Positions 10,564 to 20,722 of a DNA stretch of 64,000 bases are shown here, piece by piece. Origin of the DNA: Oligoflexia bacterium (GTDB lineage: Bacteria > Bdellovibrionota > UBA1018); assembly GCA_014376785.1 (NCBI GenBank), contig JACMQW010000064.1, positions 14,966 to 78,965 of the forward strand, written 5' to 3'. Both the position numbers and the translations under genes were made by a program. Every line of letters begins with the position of its first letter. The first letter of the stretch is position 1. The notes under the pieces were generated by a model, which was not told the origin of the DNA, did no database searches, and saw nothing but the letters and a program-made list of their open reading frames with translations.

Positions 10564-11328
10564 GTGAATTCGAAATCTAGTCCCTCTTTCGCCGATCTCC
10601 ATTCTCCAATTCAACCCACGGATGGCAAACTTCGGCCGGAAAAAATTCCTTCGCTGGTGGGTCTCTTCCTGCGGCGTGCACTGAAGCGCGGACAGAAATA
10701 TGTTTTGATTCTAGAAGCCACCCCACCGCTCCTTCCGCCGAAAGTTTCGCAGGTAGAGTTGAACTCACCGGCTTACAAGAATGTCCAGTTCATGAAGGAT
10801 GGGACGGGACCCCTCTTTTTCAAACGCTACTCTCTGTCTATTTACGGAAGTTTAGAACTCGCCCTCGGCCTCATGCGAAAGATTCAAGCCGATCCTAATC
10901 TCGTGGCTCCCCGAGCGCTCGCCTATTACAGAAAAACAAAGGGCTCACCGGAAAATCTTTCCCTCGGAGACGAGTTCTTCATTGAAATGACGGGGCCTTG
11001 GAATGGACCGGTTCGGACTGTGGAAGTCAGACCAAACTCTTTTCGATTCGTTACCTTAAATGGCCATATGGAAGCGGGCCAAATTGAAATCGAATTTCGA
11101 ACGGGACGGAAACCTGGGGTCTTTACATTCGAAATCAAATCTTGGGCGAGGAGTCGCGATGGGTCTGTCGATTTTTTTTACGATACTTTGAAGCTCGCCC
11201 AACTGATGCAGGCAGAAATGTGGTCAGGATTTCTGGAGAAAACCGCTGAATTAGCCGGGGGAAAAGCGTCAAAAAATGTTCTGATTGAAACTCAGAGAAA
11301 CGACACTGTTCTCAGCCTAGGCATGTAG
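10564..11328 (+). CDS. conserved hypothetical protein
   Basis: 254-aa ORF with no confident family assignment. Confidence 0.5.
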   Translation: MNSKSSPSFADLHSPIQPTDGKLRPEKIPSLVGLFLRRALKRGQKYVLILEATPPLLPPKVSQVELNSPAYKNVQFMKDGTGPLFFKRYSLSIYGSLELALGLMRKIQADPNLVAPRALAYYRKTKGSPENLSLGDEFFIEMTGPWNGPVRTVEVRPNSFRFVTLNGHMEAGQIEIEFRTGRKPGVFTFEIKSWARSRDGSVDFFYDTLKLAQLMQAEMWSGFLEKTAELAGGKASKNVLIETQRNDTVLSLGM

Positions 11329-11377
11329 CGTCTCAACTCCGCAAAGATTCCGTTAGATTCTAGCAAATGAAACCTAT

Positions 11378-11428
11378 AAAAATTAAGGGAAAGAACCCAA
11401 TCACAGTGTCCTTTCCCTTAATTTTTTC
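11378..11428. terminator. bidirectional rho-independent terminator between convergent genes
   Basis: Perfect 13-bp inverted repeat (aattaagggaaag / ctttcccttaatt) flanked by an A-run and a T-run. Confidence 0.6.
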
Positions 11429-11463
11429 ATTTTGCTTCGTCCAGAATTCGATGACCTTAATCG

Positions 11464-12018
11464 TTAACGAGCTTGGGTGGGAACAGTGGTTCCAGGATTC
11501 CCCACTCGAGCGCGCTCCGTGGCATTCATGCTTTGCGAGTTAAAATTCGTCGCTCCCGGGAGGTTCTGGGTGCTCGGCTGAGTGATGGCTCCATTTGGAT
11601 TTGTGGTTGCTCCTCGGTAACCATTCGAATCGGACTGTCCACCGGTGACGCTATTCGTAGTGGTTGTGTTTGAACCCGGAATTGAACCAACAGGGCGATC
11701 AGAAGTGCCCACTCCATTACGGCGCTGTTTATTGGCCCCCGAAATAATGTTGGTGCCCTGGCCATTCGTGCCATTGGAAGTACCAGATCCAATTGATCCA
11801 GAATTCATCGAGCCGCCATTCATGGAGCTATTGTTCATTCCGCTAGAGGAGCTCGATCCACCATTCAGAGATCCATTATTGCCCGTGCTGCTGCCAGTAG
11901 AATTCGCTGATCCATTACTCATCGCACCATTCGAGCCAGAGACTCCTCCCGAACCCGCTGCAGCAAGAGAACAACCCCCAACCGCCAGAACCACCAGGAC
12001 TGCATTTAGATTTCTCAT
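11464..12018 (-). CDS. low-complexity Ser/Gly/Asn-rich lipoprotein
   Basis: Signal peptide plus lipobox (AVGGC), followed by about 160 aa of S/G/N/T-rich sequence. Confidence 0.55.
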   Translation of the reverse strand: MRNLNAVLVVLAVGGCSLAAAGSGGVSGSNGAMSNGSANSTGSSTGNNGSLNGGSSSSSGMNNSSMNGGSMNSGSIGSGTSNGTNGQGTNIISGANKQRRNGVGTSDRPVGSIPGSNTTTTNSVTGGQSDSNGYRGATTNPNGAITQPSTQNLPGATNFNSQSMNATERARVGNPGTTVPTQAR

Positions 12019-12188
12019 TTGATCTCCTCTCGCCATTTGACGATTTAAAAGTGTTTCTAGGGATATTTGCGAATCTTGTTCCATCCCGTGATGCCCCATC
12101 CGAAAAACCTAACCATGAAACGAAAACAAAAAACTACTGGCATAGAATGCAGTCACGCCTCTATTCCTGAATGAATTTTAATAAGAGA

Positions 12189-13533
12189 AGTGAATTCGCG
12201 ATTACTCGCTTCAGAAACCGTTCGCGCCGCATCCGAGGCTTTCATGCCTTACGGATTCTACTACCTTTGGACGCGCGGAAACGGAGCGAGCGAACGCGCT
12301 CGCCTTCCTCGATTCGGTGATCGATAATTTGCCGAACATGCTGTTTATCAAAAATGCTGACGACCTCCGTTACCTGAAATTTAATAAGCGGGTGAACACC
12401 AGCTCGGCATTTCGCGGGAAGATGTTTTAGGGAAAACTGATTATGACATTTCACCGCGCTCATTGGCTGACGGTCATGTTGAGCGCGACCGAGAAGTCCT
12501 CGCAAATCATCACGTCTTGGAGTTCGAAGAAATCATCGTCAGCCGAACGCTGGGCGAACGCTTTATGCGAACGAAAAAAATAGCGCTCACCGGTCCCGAT
12601 GAAAACTCCGGTTACATTTTAGAGATCGCGGTTGATATTACGGATTTGAAACGGACAGAAAAGGATCTAATCGAAGCCAGGGAACAAGCCATCGCCGGTG
12701 CGAAGGTAAAATCCGAATTCCTAGCAAATATGAGTCATGAAATTAGGACTCCTCTGAACGGAATCATCGGTCTGACTGATTTATTGATCGACTCTGGACT
12801 TTCAGTGGAATAAGAAAAATTTGCGCGTACCGTCCAAAAATCAGGCGATAGTTTTCTGAACATCATCAACGGCATTCTCGATAAGAATCTTACTCTTTCA
12901 CATTCGATTGATTCTCGCATTCCATCTTCGCTTCAGGGAGACAGTGCCCGGTTGGGACAGACCTTGCTGAACCTGTTTGGAAATGCCGTAAAATTTACGG
13001 AAGCGGGAAAAATTCAAATCGATGTTGAGTGCGAATCAGCCACTCATGAAGACGAACTCCACCTTCGATTCACAGTGACCGACAATGGAATCGGAATGAC
13101 CTCGGAAGAACAATCGCGCTTGTTTATTCCGTTCACCCAGGCAGGCGGATCGACCGCTAGATACTATGGAGGGACGGAACTGGGTTTATCGATCTAACAA
13201 AGGCTCGTCCAACTCATGGGCGGCGACATCGGGGTGAATGGCCGCGCGGCTTTAGAAGAGGTTACTCTGAATCCTTATGACCTCATCCTCATAGACTGCC
13301 AGATGCCAGTCATGGACGGCTTCGATGCCACGAGCGCCATCCGAAATTGGGAAAAAACAACCTGGAAGCGGGTTCCGATCCTAGCGCTGACTGCAAATGC
13401 GATGAAAAGCGTTGAAGAAGCCTACCTTGATCGGGGAATGGATGGCTTCCTCACCAAACCGATCAAACGCGATATCCTGATCCACGCTATAGAAGAGTGG
13501 ACCACTCATCGCTCCGCTCGCACCGTGTCTTAA
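12189..13533 (+). pseudogene. hybrid PAS sensor histidine kinase (PAS-HisKA-HATPase_c-REC), degraded
   Basis: A frameshift near 12385 separates PAS fragments ([29 protein letters not shown] | [20 protein letters not shown]). In-frame TAA codons at 12814..12816 (LSVE*EKF in HisKA) and 13195..13197 (GLSI*QRLV in HATPase_c) interrupt conserved motifs. The sequence jumps from MGGDIGVNG straight into mid-receiver sequence, implying an internal deletion. No plausible start codon is present. Confidence 0.7.
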
Positions 13534-13579
13534 AAAAAGACGAGTCTCCAAGGAAGACCGTTCGCCTTTTAGGAAAGTT

Positions 13580-16500
13580 GTGAGAAGCACTAGTTGCCTC
13601 ATGAATCAGCCTAATCAGCCGAGATCCCGTAGAAGGCGCCGCCCGTCCCGTCGGAATCCAAATCGCCCCGACCGAGCGCCACCGAATAGCCCCAGCCCCG
13701 AAGGAGAAAACCCTCCTCTGGAAGGCGCTCCTTTGATCGCTGGTTTTATTCCTGTCCAAGTCCTCACAGAGCCCACCGGCCCTCTCACTTTAGAGCAGCG
13801 ATGCGTGCGTCAGTTCCCACGGGTTGTTTTGGGGCGAGGACGCCAGTACTTCAATCAAAACCGCGCAGAAGTGCCGGTATGGAATGAGAAGGAGTGCTCG
13901 GTCACGATTAAAGGCACCGGCGGAGACTATAAAGTCACATTCGATTTTACGCAGGCCACTGAATCGCGTCGACTCGGGGTTGTTTGTGATTGCCCGGCCT
14001 ACGCCAGAGGCATTCTCTGCAAGCACATTTGGACCGCGATTTTACAAATTGATAAGTCGAGCCCTCCCGGAACCATTCCAGAAACGGCAGCTCTTCGCCT
14101 GATTCATTCCCAACCTCGGCCACGCCAGGAAAATGCATCTCCCCAAAGGGGCGGCCCGGTCCCGCATCAGGGCGGGAACCATTCTGGAAATGTGAACATC
14201 AATCCCAACGGGAACCACGGTGGAAATCACAGTGGAAATCATTCGCCGGGCCAAGGCATTTCCCTTCGCACGGGAGATGCTCACCGAAACAGGATGCCGG
14301 TTATCTCGCCTTCACGATTCTCTCGAGAGCCCTGGATGGACCGCCTGAATCACTTGCAGGGTGTGGCGAACACTTCACCTGAACAGCGTATTTCGACAAG
14401 TGCCTCTGCTTATTTTGTGATTGCCGCATCGGAAACGAATTCGACCGGAAAACTGATTATTGATCTTTGGACACGTCACCGAGCACCGCAGGGCGAACTC
14501 GGACCGCTTCGGCCGAATCGTGTTTCCGGTCACGACTTTTCCCATTTCAGTGATCCGCGAGATCAAGAAGTCCTTTCATTTCTGATTAGAACGGGTGAGC
14601 CCCAAGTTTTTGCACCGCTAGGACGCGCTTCTTCTAACATTTCATCGCGCTTCACGGTCGATCCTATTTTCGAATCCCACTTAGTAACGACCCTTGCCGG
14701 AAACGGGAAGCTGTACCTGTCGCGCTCTCCTAATGGAACGCCCGACTCCGCTGAACGCTCCCTAAAAATGGACCGAACGAAGACATGGGACCTCATGCTT
14801 CGCATTGAAAGCCTGACGAATGGCCAATATAGGCTCGACGGTCTTTTAAAGAACGGTCCCGATACGCTCCCTCTCTCGGCTCCCGTTGCGATTCTCAAAA
14901 GTGGCTTCATGCTTTTTGATGACCGAGTGACTCGATTCACGCAGCCTGATCACGCTCCCTGGGCCATCGCTTTGCGGAACTCTCAATTTTTAGTTCCGAA
15001 AGCTGACGGCGATGCGCTCCTGACTCGGATCTTGCTCGATCCTGCGTCGCCTCGCGTGTCCTGGCCCTCCGAAATGGGGTGGTCACAGTCCACGATTGAA
15101 CCGAGGCCTAAAGGCGTCTTTCGACCGCTCGGAAACGATCCGACGACGGGTAGAATGACTTTGAATGTCAGCTTCCTTTACGAGGGGCGCGAAGTCGCGC
15201 TGTCTGAAACCGAAACGATGCTGGTAGATCCCGCGCAGAAAAAAGTTTTCGCGCGAAACGTCGAGTTCGAAGAAAAAACACTCCTGAATGCTCTAGAAAT
15301 CCTTCAAGACCCCCAGGGCACGGGCACTGTTCTCCAAAGCGATCTTCACCGAGCCGCAAATGACCTCTGCCGAGCAGGCTGGGTCATCCACATTGAAAAT
15401 CAAAAACTCAGAGTCGCAAACGACTTCGAAATGAACGTGAGTTCTTCGACGGATTGGTTCGACTTGAAAATGGGCGCCAGTTTCGATGGAACCGAAGTGA
15501 GTTCTGCCGACTTGCTCGCAGCTTTGGAATCCGGTGGCGGAATGGTGAAGCTCGCGGACGGAACTCTGGGAATCATCCCTCCTGAGTGGCTCGCCCAATA
15601 TGCTCCCGTTGCTCAACTTGGAATCCGATTTGGTGAAACCACTGATGACGGAAGCCTGCGATTCACGCGCTCGCAAGGTTTGATGTTAAATTCGGTCCTT
15701 ACCGATAACGGCCACTTGAAGGCAGATGCTGATTTCCTGACCTTCAGGGAACGCATCCAAAAATTCGAAGGCGTAAAGACCGCCGAGACTCCAGCTGGTT
15801 TCAAAGGAACCCTTCGTGACTATCAAAAAGAAGGCCTGAACTGGCTCGGATTTTTGGAAGACTTCGGTACCGGCGGTATCCTCGCTGACGACATGGGTCT
15901 TGGAAAAACGATTCAAGTCCTTGCCTTCTTGCTTGCCCGGTCGAAGAAAAACAAAATGCCATGCTTAGTTGTGGCACCGAAATCGCTGACCTTTAACTGG
16001 ATCGATGAAGCGAAGAAATTTGCTCCGGAATTGAAAGTGGTTCGTTATTCGGGCCCCGGACGATCGGAGCAGCTCGCAGATATTCCGGGCGCTGACCTGG
16101 TCGTGACCACTTACGGCGCGATCCGAACCGACATCAAAAAACTCCAAGAAATAGAGTTTGATGTCGCGATCATCGACGAAGCCCAGGCGATCAAAAACAG
16201 TAAATCTCAATCAGCCGCAGCGGTGAAGAAGATCCGGGCTCGCCATCACTTGGCACTCACTGGGACGCCCGTAGAAAACTCGATTAAAGACCTTCTCTCG
16301 ATTCTCGAATTTACGAATCCGGGACTCTTGGGACTTTCACCTCCAAAAGAAATTGCGGGCGACACCCATTCGATTTTGGCGAAGACTTTAAAGCCTTTCA
16401 TGCTCCGTCGTACGAAAGAAAAAGTACTGACCGAACTCCCAGAGAAATCAGAGCAAGTGCTCTACTGTGAGATGAGTCCGACCGAACGAAAATACTACAA

Positions 16501-17161
16501 CGCGATTCGGGAAAAATACCGCCTGTCCATCGAACAAAAAATCGAAGAAGGCGGACTCGGAAAGTCCAAGCTTCATGTTCTCGAAGCCCTCTTAAGACTT
16601 CGGCAGGCGGCATCGCATTCGGGACTAGTCGATCCCCGCAGAAAAGACGAGCCAAGCGCGAAGCTGCAGCTCCTCCTGAGTCACCTGGAAGAAGTCACCC
16701 AAGAAGGACACAAAGCCTTAGTCTTCTCCCAGTTCACATCGCTCCTCGCTTTAGTGCGGAAAGACCTCGATGCAAAAGGCATCAAGTACGAATACCTCGA
16801 CGGCCAGACAGCGGACCGAAAGACTCCGGTCGAACACTTCCAAACCGATCCAGAATGCAAAGTCTTCCTCATCAGCCTAAAGGCCGGAGGCACCGGGTTA
16901 AACCTCACCGCTGCGGACTATGTTTTCATCCTCGATCCATGGTGGAATCCGGCAGTGGAGGCTCAGGCAATCGGGCGCGCGCATCGCATGGGCCAGAAAC
17001 AAACGGTATTTGCTTACCGTATGATTGCAAAAGACACGGTAGAGGAAAAAATCCTCGAACTCCAAAAATCGAAGCGCGATTTGGCCGACTCTCTCATTTC
17101 GGAAGATCAAGATTTCATGTCGAAAATTTCGAAGGAAGATCTTCAACACCTGCTCAGTTAG
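13580..17161 (+). CDS. SNF2-family helicase with N-terminal SWIM zinc finger (YwqB-YwqA-like fusion)
   Basis: SWIM motif (CDCPAYARGILCKH), SNF2 motifs (LADDMGLGKT, DEAQAIKN) and helicase-C (GGTGLNLTAADYVFILDPWWNP…QAIGRAHRMGQ). The N-terminus is Arg-rich and a GNHSGN repeat linker is present. Confidence 0.9.
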   Translation: MRSTSCLMNQPNQPRSRRRRRPSRRNPNRPDRAPPNSPSPEGENPPLEGAPLIAGFIPVQVLTEPTGPLTLEQRCVRQFPRVVLGRGRQYFNQNRAEVPVWNEKECSVTIKGTGGDYKVTFDFTQATESRRLGVVCDCPAYARGILCKHIWTAILQIDKSSPPGTIPETAALRLIHSQPRPRQENASPQRGGPVPHQGGNHSGNVNINPNGNHGGNHSGNHSPGQGISLRTGDAHRNRMPVISPSRFSREPWMDRLNHLQGVANTSPEQRISTSASAYFVIAASETNSTGKLIIDLWTRHRAPQGELGPLRPNRVSGHDFSHFSDPRDQEVLSFLIRTGEPQVFAPLGRASSNISSRFTVDPIFESHLVTTLAGNGKLYLSRSPNGTPDSAERSLKMDRTKTWDLMLRIESLTNGQYRLDGLLKNGPDTLPLSAPVAILKSGFMLFDDRVTRFTQPDHAPWAIALRNSQFLVPKADGDALLTRILLDPASPRVSWPSEMGWSQSTIEPRPKGVFRPLGNDPTTGRMTLNVSFLYEGREVALSETETMLVDPAQKKVFARNVEFEEKTLLNALEILQDPQGTGTVLQSDLHRAANDLCRAGWVIHIENQKLRVANDFEMNVSSSTDWFDLKMGASFDGTEVSSADLLAALESGGGMVKLADGTLGIIPPEWLAQYAPVAQLGIRFGETTDDGSLRFTRSQGLMLNSVLTDNGHLKADADFLTFRERIQKFEGVKTAETPAGFKGTLRDYQKEGLNWLGFLEDFGTGGILADDMGLGKTIQVLAFLLARSKKNKMPCLVVAPKSLTFNWIDEAKKFAPELKVVRYSGPGRSEQLADIPGADLVVTTYGAIRTDIKKLQEIEFDVAIIDEAQAIKNSKSQSAAAVKKIRARHHLALTGTPVENSIKDLLSILEFTNPGLLGLSPPKEIAGDTHSILAKTLKPFMLRRTKEKVLTELPEKSEQVLYCEMSPTERKYYNAIREKYRLSIEQKIEEGGLGKSKLHVLEALLRLRQAASHSGLVDPRRKDEPSAKLQLLLSHLEEVTQEGHKALVFSQFTSLLALVRKDLDAKGIKYEYLDGQTADRKTPVEHFQTDPECKVFLISLKAGGTGLNLTAADYVFILDPWWNPAVEAQAIGRAHRMGQKQTVFAYRMIAKDTVEEKILELQKSKRDLADSLISEDQDFMSKISKEDLQHLLS

Positions 17162-18320
17162 CTACCGAACGCCCCGTAATATTTGAATCACTCGCTTGTT
17201 TCAGAGCAGATTTTCTTTGCAAGTAAGGTTCGTAATGATCGCGGTAGAACTCTGCTCGGTAATTGCGCGAGGATTTAATGCCACCTATGAACTGATAAAA
17301 GCGGATAAACTCCCAAGCCAGATCGAGTTGATTCGGTAAAAATCCCGACTGCGCGCTATTCGGATAAAGGTGGTGGTTGTTATGCCACTCACCCGCGACG
17401 TACCCTGGCCAAACCTGGTTCACCGAAAAGTCTTTCCAGTTAAAGTCCGAACCTTCTTTACGTCGGTCTTTTCCGCGGCCGTGCCCATCAAAATTAAAAG
17501 TCCTGACTCCGAATGCCCAGACACCTGCCATTCCAAACATCCCGATCGCGAAATTCACGCCGCCGATGAATGAGAAAGCTCCGAACCAAAATCCCCAATT
17601 CAGAAGGTAGTGCGCCCAGGTCCTTACCGGATGACAAAGCGATCCCCACCGTCGGTACTGGGCATAGGTATTCAGCTTTACCCCCGTGTGCGAGAGAAGC
17701 TTCTTTAAACTTGAGTAGTCCTTTTCACTTAAATCTTGGGCGATTCGTTGGTGGGTAGCGTCAGCGAGAAAACAATAGAGCCACCCGCCATTCACATTGT
17801 ACGGATCGCCGGGTTTTTCTGAACACCAGTGATGAACGTGATGAGAAATCACGTAAATTTCTTCGGGAATGACTTTAATCGTCAGATTTCGGACGAAAAA
17901 TCGCGTGAATGAATTTCTGAATGCGTAAGCTCGGTGAGTAGAAAAACGATGCAGATACACCGTTCCATGGGTTCCCATCAAGACCATGCTGTAGAATAAA
18001 CCGATGCATAAGGTCGCAAAATTAAAGTGAGCAATGAAGAAATAGAAAAAAGGAATCGTGAGAGCTAACGTAAAAAACCAACTCGTAACCGGAAGCCAAT
18101 TCTCAGCATGCAGCGGATTCATCCGTGTTTCGAATTCGCGCCAGATCTCGCGGTGGCTAGGAACGTAGAGTTCGCCATTGCGCGAATAACCATAGGAAGG
18201 TGGAGCGAGCGCACGACCGAGAAGACTCTCGTTCAAACCTTCTGTCGTACCCGGCTTAAATCCGAGTGAGGGAGACAGACGAGCGTCGAGGGACACCGAT
18301 GCTGGTGAAGAAATTTGCAT
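17154..18320 (-). CDS. acyl-CoA/acyl-lipid (delta9-type) fatty acid desaturase
   Basis: Membrane protein with histidine boxes (HRAYAF, HHVHHW, NNHHLYP). The 3-prime end overlaps the SNF2 gene by 8 bp in convergent orientation. Confidence 0.85.
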   Translation of the reverse strand: MQISSPASVSLDARLSPSLGFKPGTTEGLNESLLGRALAPPSYGYSRNGELYVPSHREIWREFETRMNPLHAENWLPVTSWFFTLALTIPFFYFFIAHFNFATLCIGLFYSMVLMGTHGTVYLHRFSTHRAYAFRNSFTRFFVRNLTIKVIPEEIYVISHHVHHWCSEKPGDPYNVNGGWLYCFLADATHQRIAQDLSEKDYSSLKKLLSHTGVKLNTYAQYRRWGSLCHPVRTWAHYLLNWGFWFGAFSFIGGVNFAIGMFGMAGVWAFGVRTFNFDGHGRGKDRRKEGSDFNWKDFSVNQVWPGYVAGEWHNNHHLYPNSAQSGFLPNQLDLAWEFIRFYQFIGGIKSSRNYRAEFYRDHYEPYLQRKSALKQASDSNITGRSVAN

Positions 18321-18534
18321 AGCTAATAGTGGGGTGAAATACCTTATTCAGCAATAAAGAGATTTGGACTTCCCAGAAATCCTGCTGATTTTGGCCCTGA
18401 AGTTCGATACGGCTGAGTTCGCAGGGGCTAAATCCAGAAAAGTTTAAATACGCGACCAAAGAGTGGATCGGTGTTCGATCGCCCATTGACTGAATGTTCG
18501 CTCGCTCCCAAACTCTCTCACTAAGGACACTGTC

Positions 18535-19293
18535 ATGAAGGGACTAAAACCAGGCCAAGTGCCTCTCGAACGCGCATTTTCGAAACTCGGAATTGCTTCT
18601 CGAACGGAGTCGCGTGCCTGGATTCTCAGTGGACGCGTAAAAGTGAATGGTGACTTGCGAACAAACCCTGGATTCGGAGTGAATCCCGAAACCGCGATCA
18701 TCGAACTCGATGGGAAAAAAATCGGCAAACCCGAGCATCGGACATTTCTGCTTCATAAACCAAGGGGCGTAGTCACCACTCGAGTGGATGAAAAAGGGCG
18801 ACCGACCGTTTTCTCCCTTTGCACAGAGCTTGGACTCCATTTGATCGCCGTCGGACGACTCGATTGGGCAACCTCTGGATTGCTGATCTTAACGAACGAC
18901 ACAAAGCTTTCCGATGCTTTATCGAATCCCGAAAATAAAATCGTCCGCACCTACACGGTGACGGTTCGTGGAGAAGTCACCGAAGATGGACTAGAACGCA
19001 TCCGCGCGGGAATTCAGGATGGAGAGGATCTGCTCACGGCTGAAGAAATCATTCTTCGTAAAGCGAGTGGAAAAGAATCTCATCTCTTAGTGCGACTCAC
19101 TGAAGGAAAAAATCGAGAAATTCGGAGGCTCTTTTTGGCGATCGGACACGAAGTCTTAAAACTGAAGAGGATCGAATATGGCGGACTTTCACTCGGAGAT
19201 ACTGAGCTCGGAAAGTACCGGGAATTAAACTCTGACGAACTGAAAATCGCCTTCCCCTCTCTTCATCGGATGGGCAAGGAAAAACCAGAATAA
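18535..19293 (+). CDS. rRNA pseudouridine synthase, RsuA/RluB family
   Basis: S4 domain followed by an RLDWATSGLLILTND catalytic motif. Confidence 0.85.
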   Translation: MKGLKPGQVPLERAFSKLGIASRTESRAWILSGRVKVNGDLRTNPGFGVNPETAIIELDGKKIGKPEHRTFLLHKPRGVVTTRVDEKGRPTVFSLCTELGLHLIAVGRLDWATSGLLILTNDTKLSDALSNPENKIVRTYTVTVRGEVTEDGLERIRAGIQDGEDLLTAEEIILRKASGKESHLLVRLTEGKNREIRRLFLAIGHEVLKLKRIEYGGLSLGDTELGKYRELNSDELKIAFPSLHRMGKEKPE

Positions 19294-19351
19294 CCTGATT
19301 CTAGATGGACTATTTATTTCCATTCTTCTTTCGATCAGAGTTTAATTTGGA

Positions 19352-20350
19352 ATGGAAAAAACTTCACTCCGCTCACTCGTTGCCGTTTCTGTTCTTTCGC
19401 TCTTCGGAACCGTTGCTCTAGCAAGTGGAGAAGATCATCATCGTCTGCATTGGAATGAAGACCAAGCGGCTTATCGCTCATTTCGTATTTTTAAGCGGCT
19501 AGAACTCCAGAGCCGAACCCGACGTTTCAAAAACAATTTCCAATCTTTCGCCCCAGTCGAAAAAATTAATCGAAGCGATTTGGTTTCTTCGCTGGAAACC
19601 CTTTCCGGCAAATACGATCCGGTTCTGACCAACCGGGGGTCAGCAAAAGGCAGAGCAGCTGCGAGGGCTTATCTGAAATCAGAGTTCGAAGCGGCGGGGT
19701 ATACCACTCATGAAGAGTCTTACCGAACGGGAGTAAACTTCGTGGCTGAACGAACGGGCGCCAGTGGAAAGTTCCTGATCGTTTCTGCTCACTATGATTC
19801 CATGAATAATCCCGGCGCTGACGATGATGGCAGCGGAACCGTTGGACTCCTCTCGATCGCTCGTACGATTGGAAAGCGACCGCTTAAACATGGACTGCGC
19901 TTCGTCGCCTTCGACCAGGAAGAAGACGGTCTGGTCGGTTCAGGCGCCTACGTGAAGGCACTCGTTGCCCGAGGCGGTAAATCAGAAGTACTGGCGGACA
20001 TCGAACTGGAGATGCTCGGTTACAACGGGCGAAATGACGGAAGTTTTCACGTCATCTCCTGCGATCGACCAGACTCCCAATTTCTCGTTGATTCCGTTAT
20101 TACGGCAGTTTCTAACTTACGCAATGGGCTCCAGCTAACCAGCGCATGTACCGACCGAAGCGACCACGCAAGATTCTGGGACCAGGACATTCCTGCGATT
20201 GTGATTTCCCAAAACTTCTTCGGCGGCGATTCGAATCCTTGCTACCACCGCGCTTGCGACACGGTGGAGAAAATGCACCTGGGTTACTTTGGAAATCTAG
20301 CCGAAACTGCAGTGAATGCGGTCGCAAGTATCATTTCCGCGAACGAATAA
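19352..20350 (+). CDS. secreted M28-family zinc aminopeptidase
   Basis: Signal peptide and metal-ligand motifs (HYDS, DDDGSG, DQEEDGLVGS). Confidence 0.85.
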   Translation: MEKTSLRSLVAVSVLSLFGTVALASGEDHHRLHWNEDQAAYRSFRIFKRLELQSRTRRFKNNFQSFAPVEKINRSDLVSSLETLSGKYDPVLTNRGSAKGRAAARAYLKSEFEAAGYTTHEESYRTGVNFVAERTGASGKFLIVSAHYDSMNNPGADDDGSGTVGLLSIARTIGKRPLKHGLRFVAFDQEEDGLVGSGAYVKALVARGGKSEVLADIELEMLGYNGRNDGSFHVISCDRPDSQFLVDSVITAVSNLRNGLQLTSACTDRSDHARFWDQDIPAIVISQNFFGGDSNPCYHRACDTVEKMHLGYFGNLAETAVNAVASIISANE

Positions 20351-20450
20351 GTTCAAACCACGAGGGTTATTGAGAATTCTGGGGCGAAGGGAAATCCCCA
20401 CTGCCCTGCTAAGTAGAACCAACGAACCCCCAGTGCCGCTGAAAACAAAA

Positions 20451-20489
20451 AAGCCCGCTTTCCGAGGAAAGCAGGCCTTTTTGTTCTTA
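20451..20489. terminator. rho-independent terminator hairpin between the M28 peptidase and tRNA-Arg
   Basis: gcccgctttcc / ggaaagcaggc stem with one mismatch, flanked by A6 and T5 runs. Confidence 0.5.
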
Positions 20490-20490
20490 A

Positions 20491-20568
20491 TGGTGGACCC
20501 GAGAGGATTCGAACCTCTGACCTTCGCATCCGTAGTGCGACGCTCTAATCCAACTGAGCTACGGGTCC
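20491..20568 (-). tRNA. tRNA-Arg (anticodon ACG)
   Basis: Cloverleaf read by hand: acceptor GGACCCG/CGGGTCC, anticodon loop CTACGGA, T-arm GGTTCGAAT, 3-prime CCA encoded. Confidence 0.9.
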
Positions 20569-20722
20569 ATACTTAAGGAAGAACCAGTAATTACTCGAAA
20601 GAAGAACTCCGCACAAGCGAAATTGGCGGGTATTTTTAGGACCTTCGAACGGCTAACCCATTGAAATCATAGCCATCAGTCAGATCGAGTGAAAAACCCT
20701 GCGTTCTTCCTCGGAGGCCGTC

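Noticed and set aside
12814-13197. TAA stop-codon reassignment or programmed readthrough to explain the two in-frame TAA codons in the hybrid kinase
   Set aside because: Other genes in the window clearly terminate at TAA, for example the helicase at 5056..5058. The same gene also has a frameshift and a deletion, so pseudogenisation is the simpler explanation.
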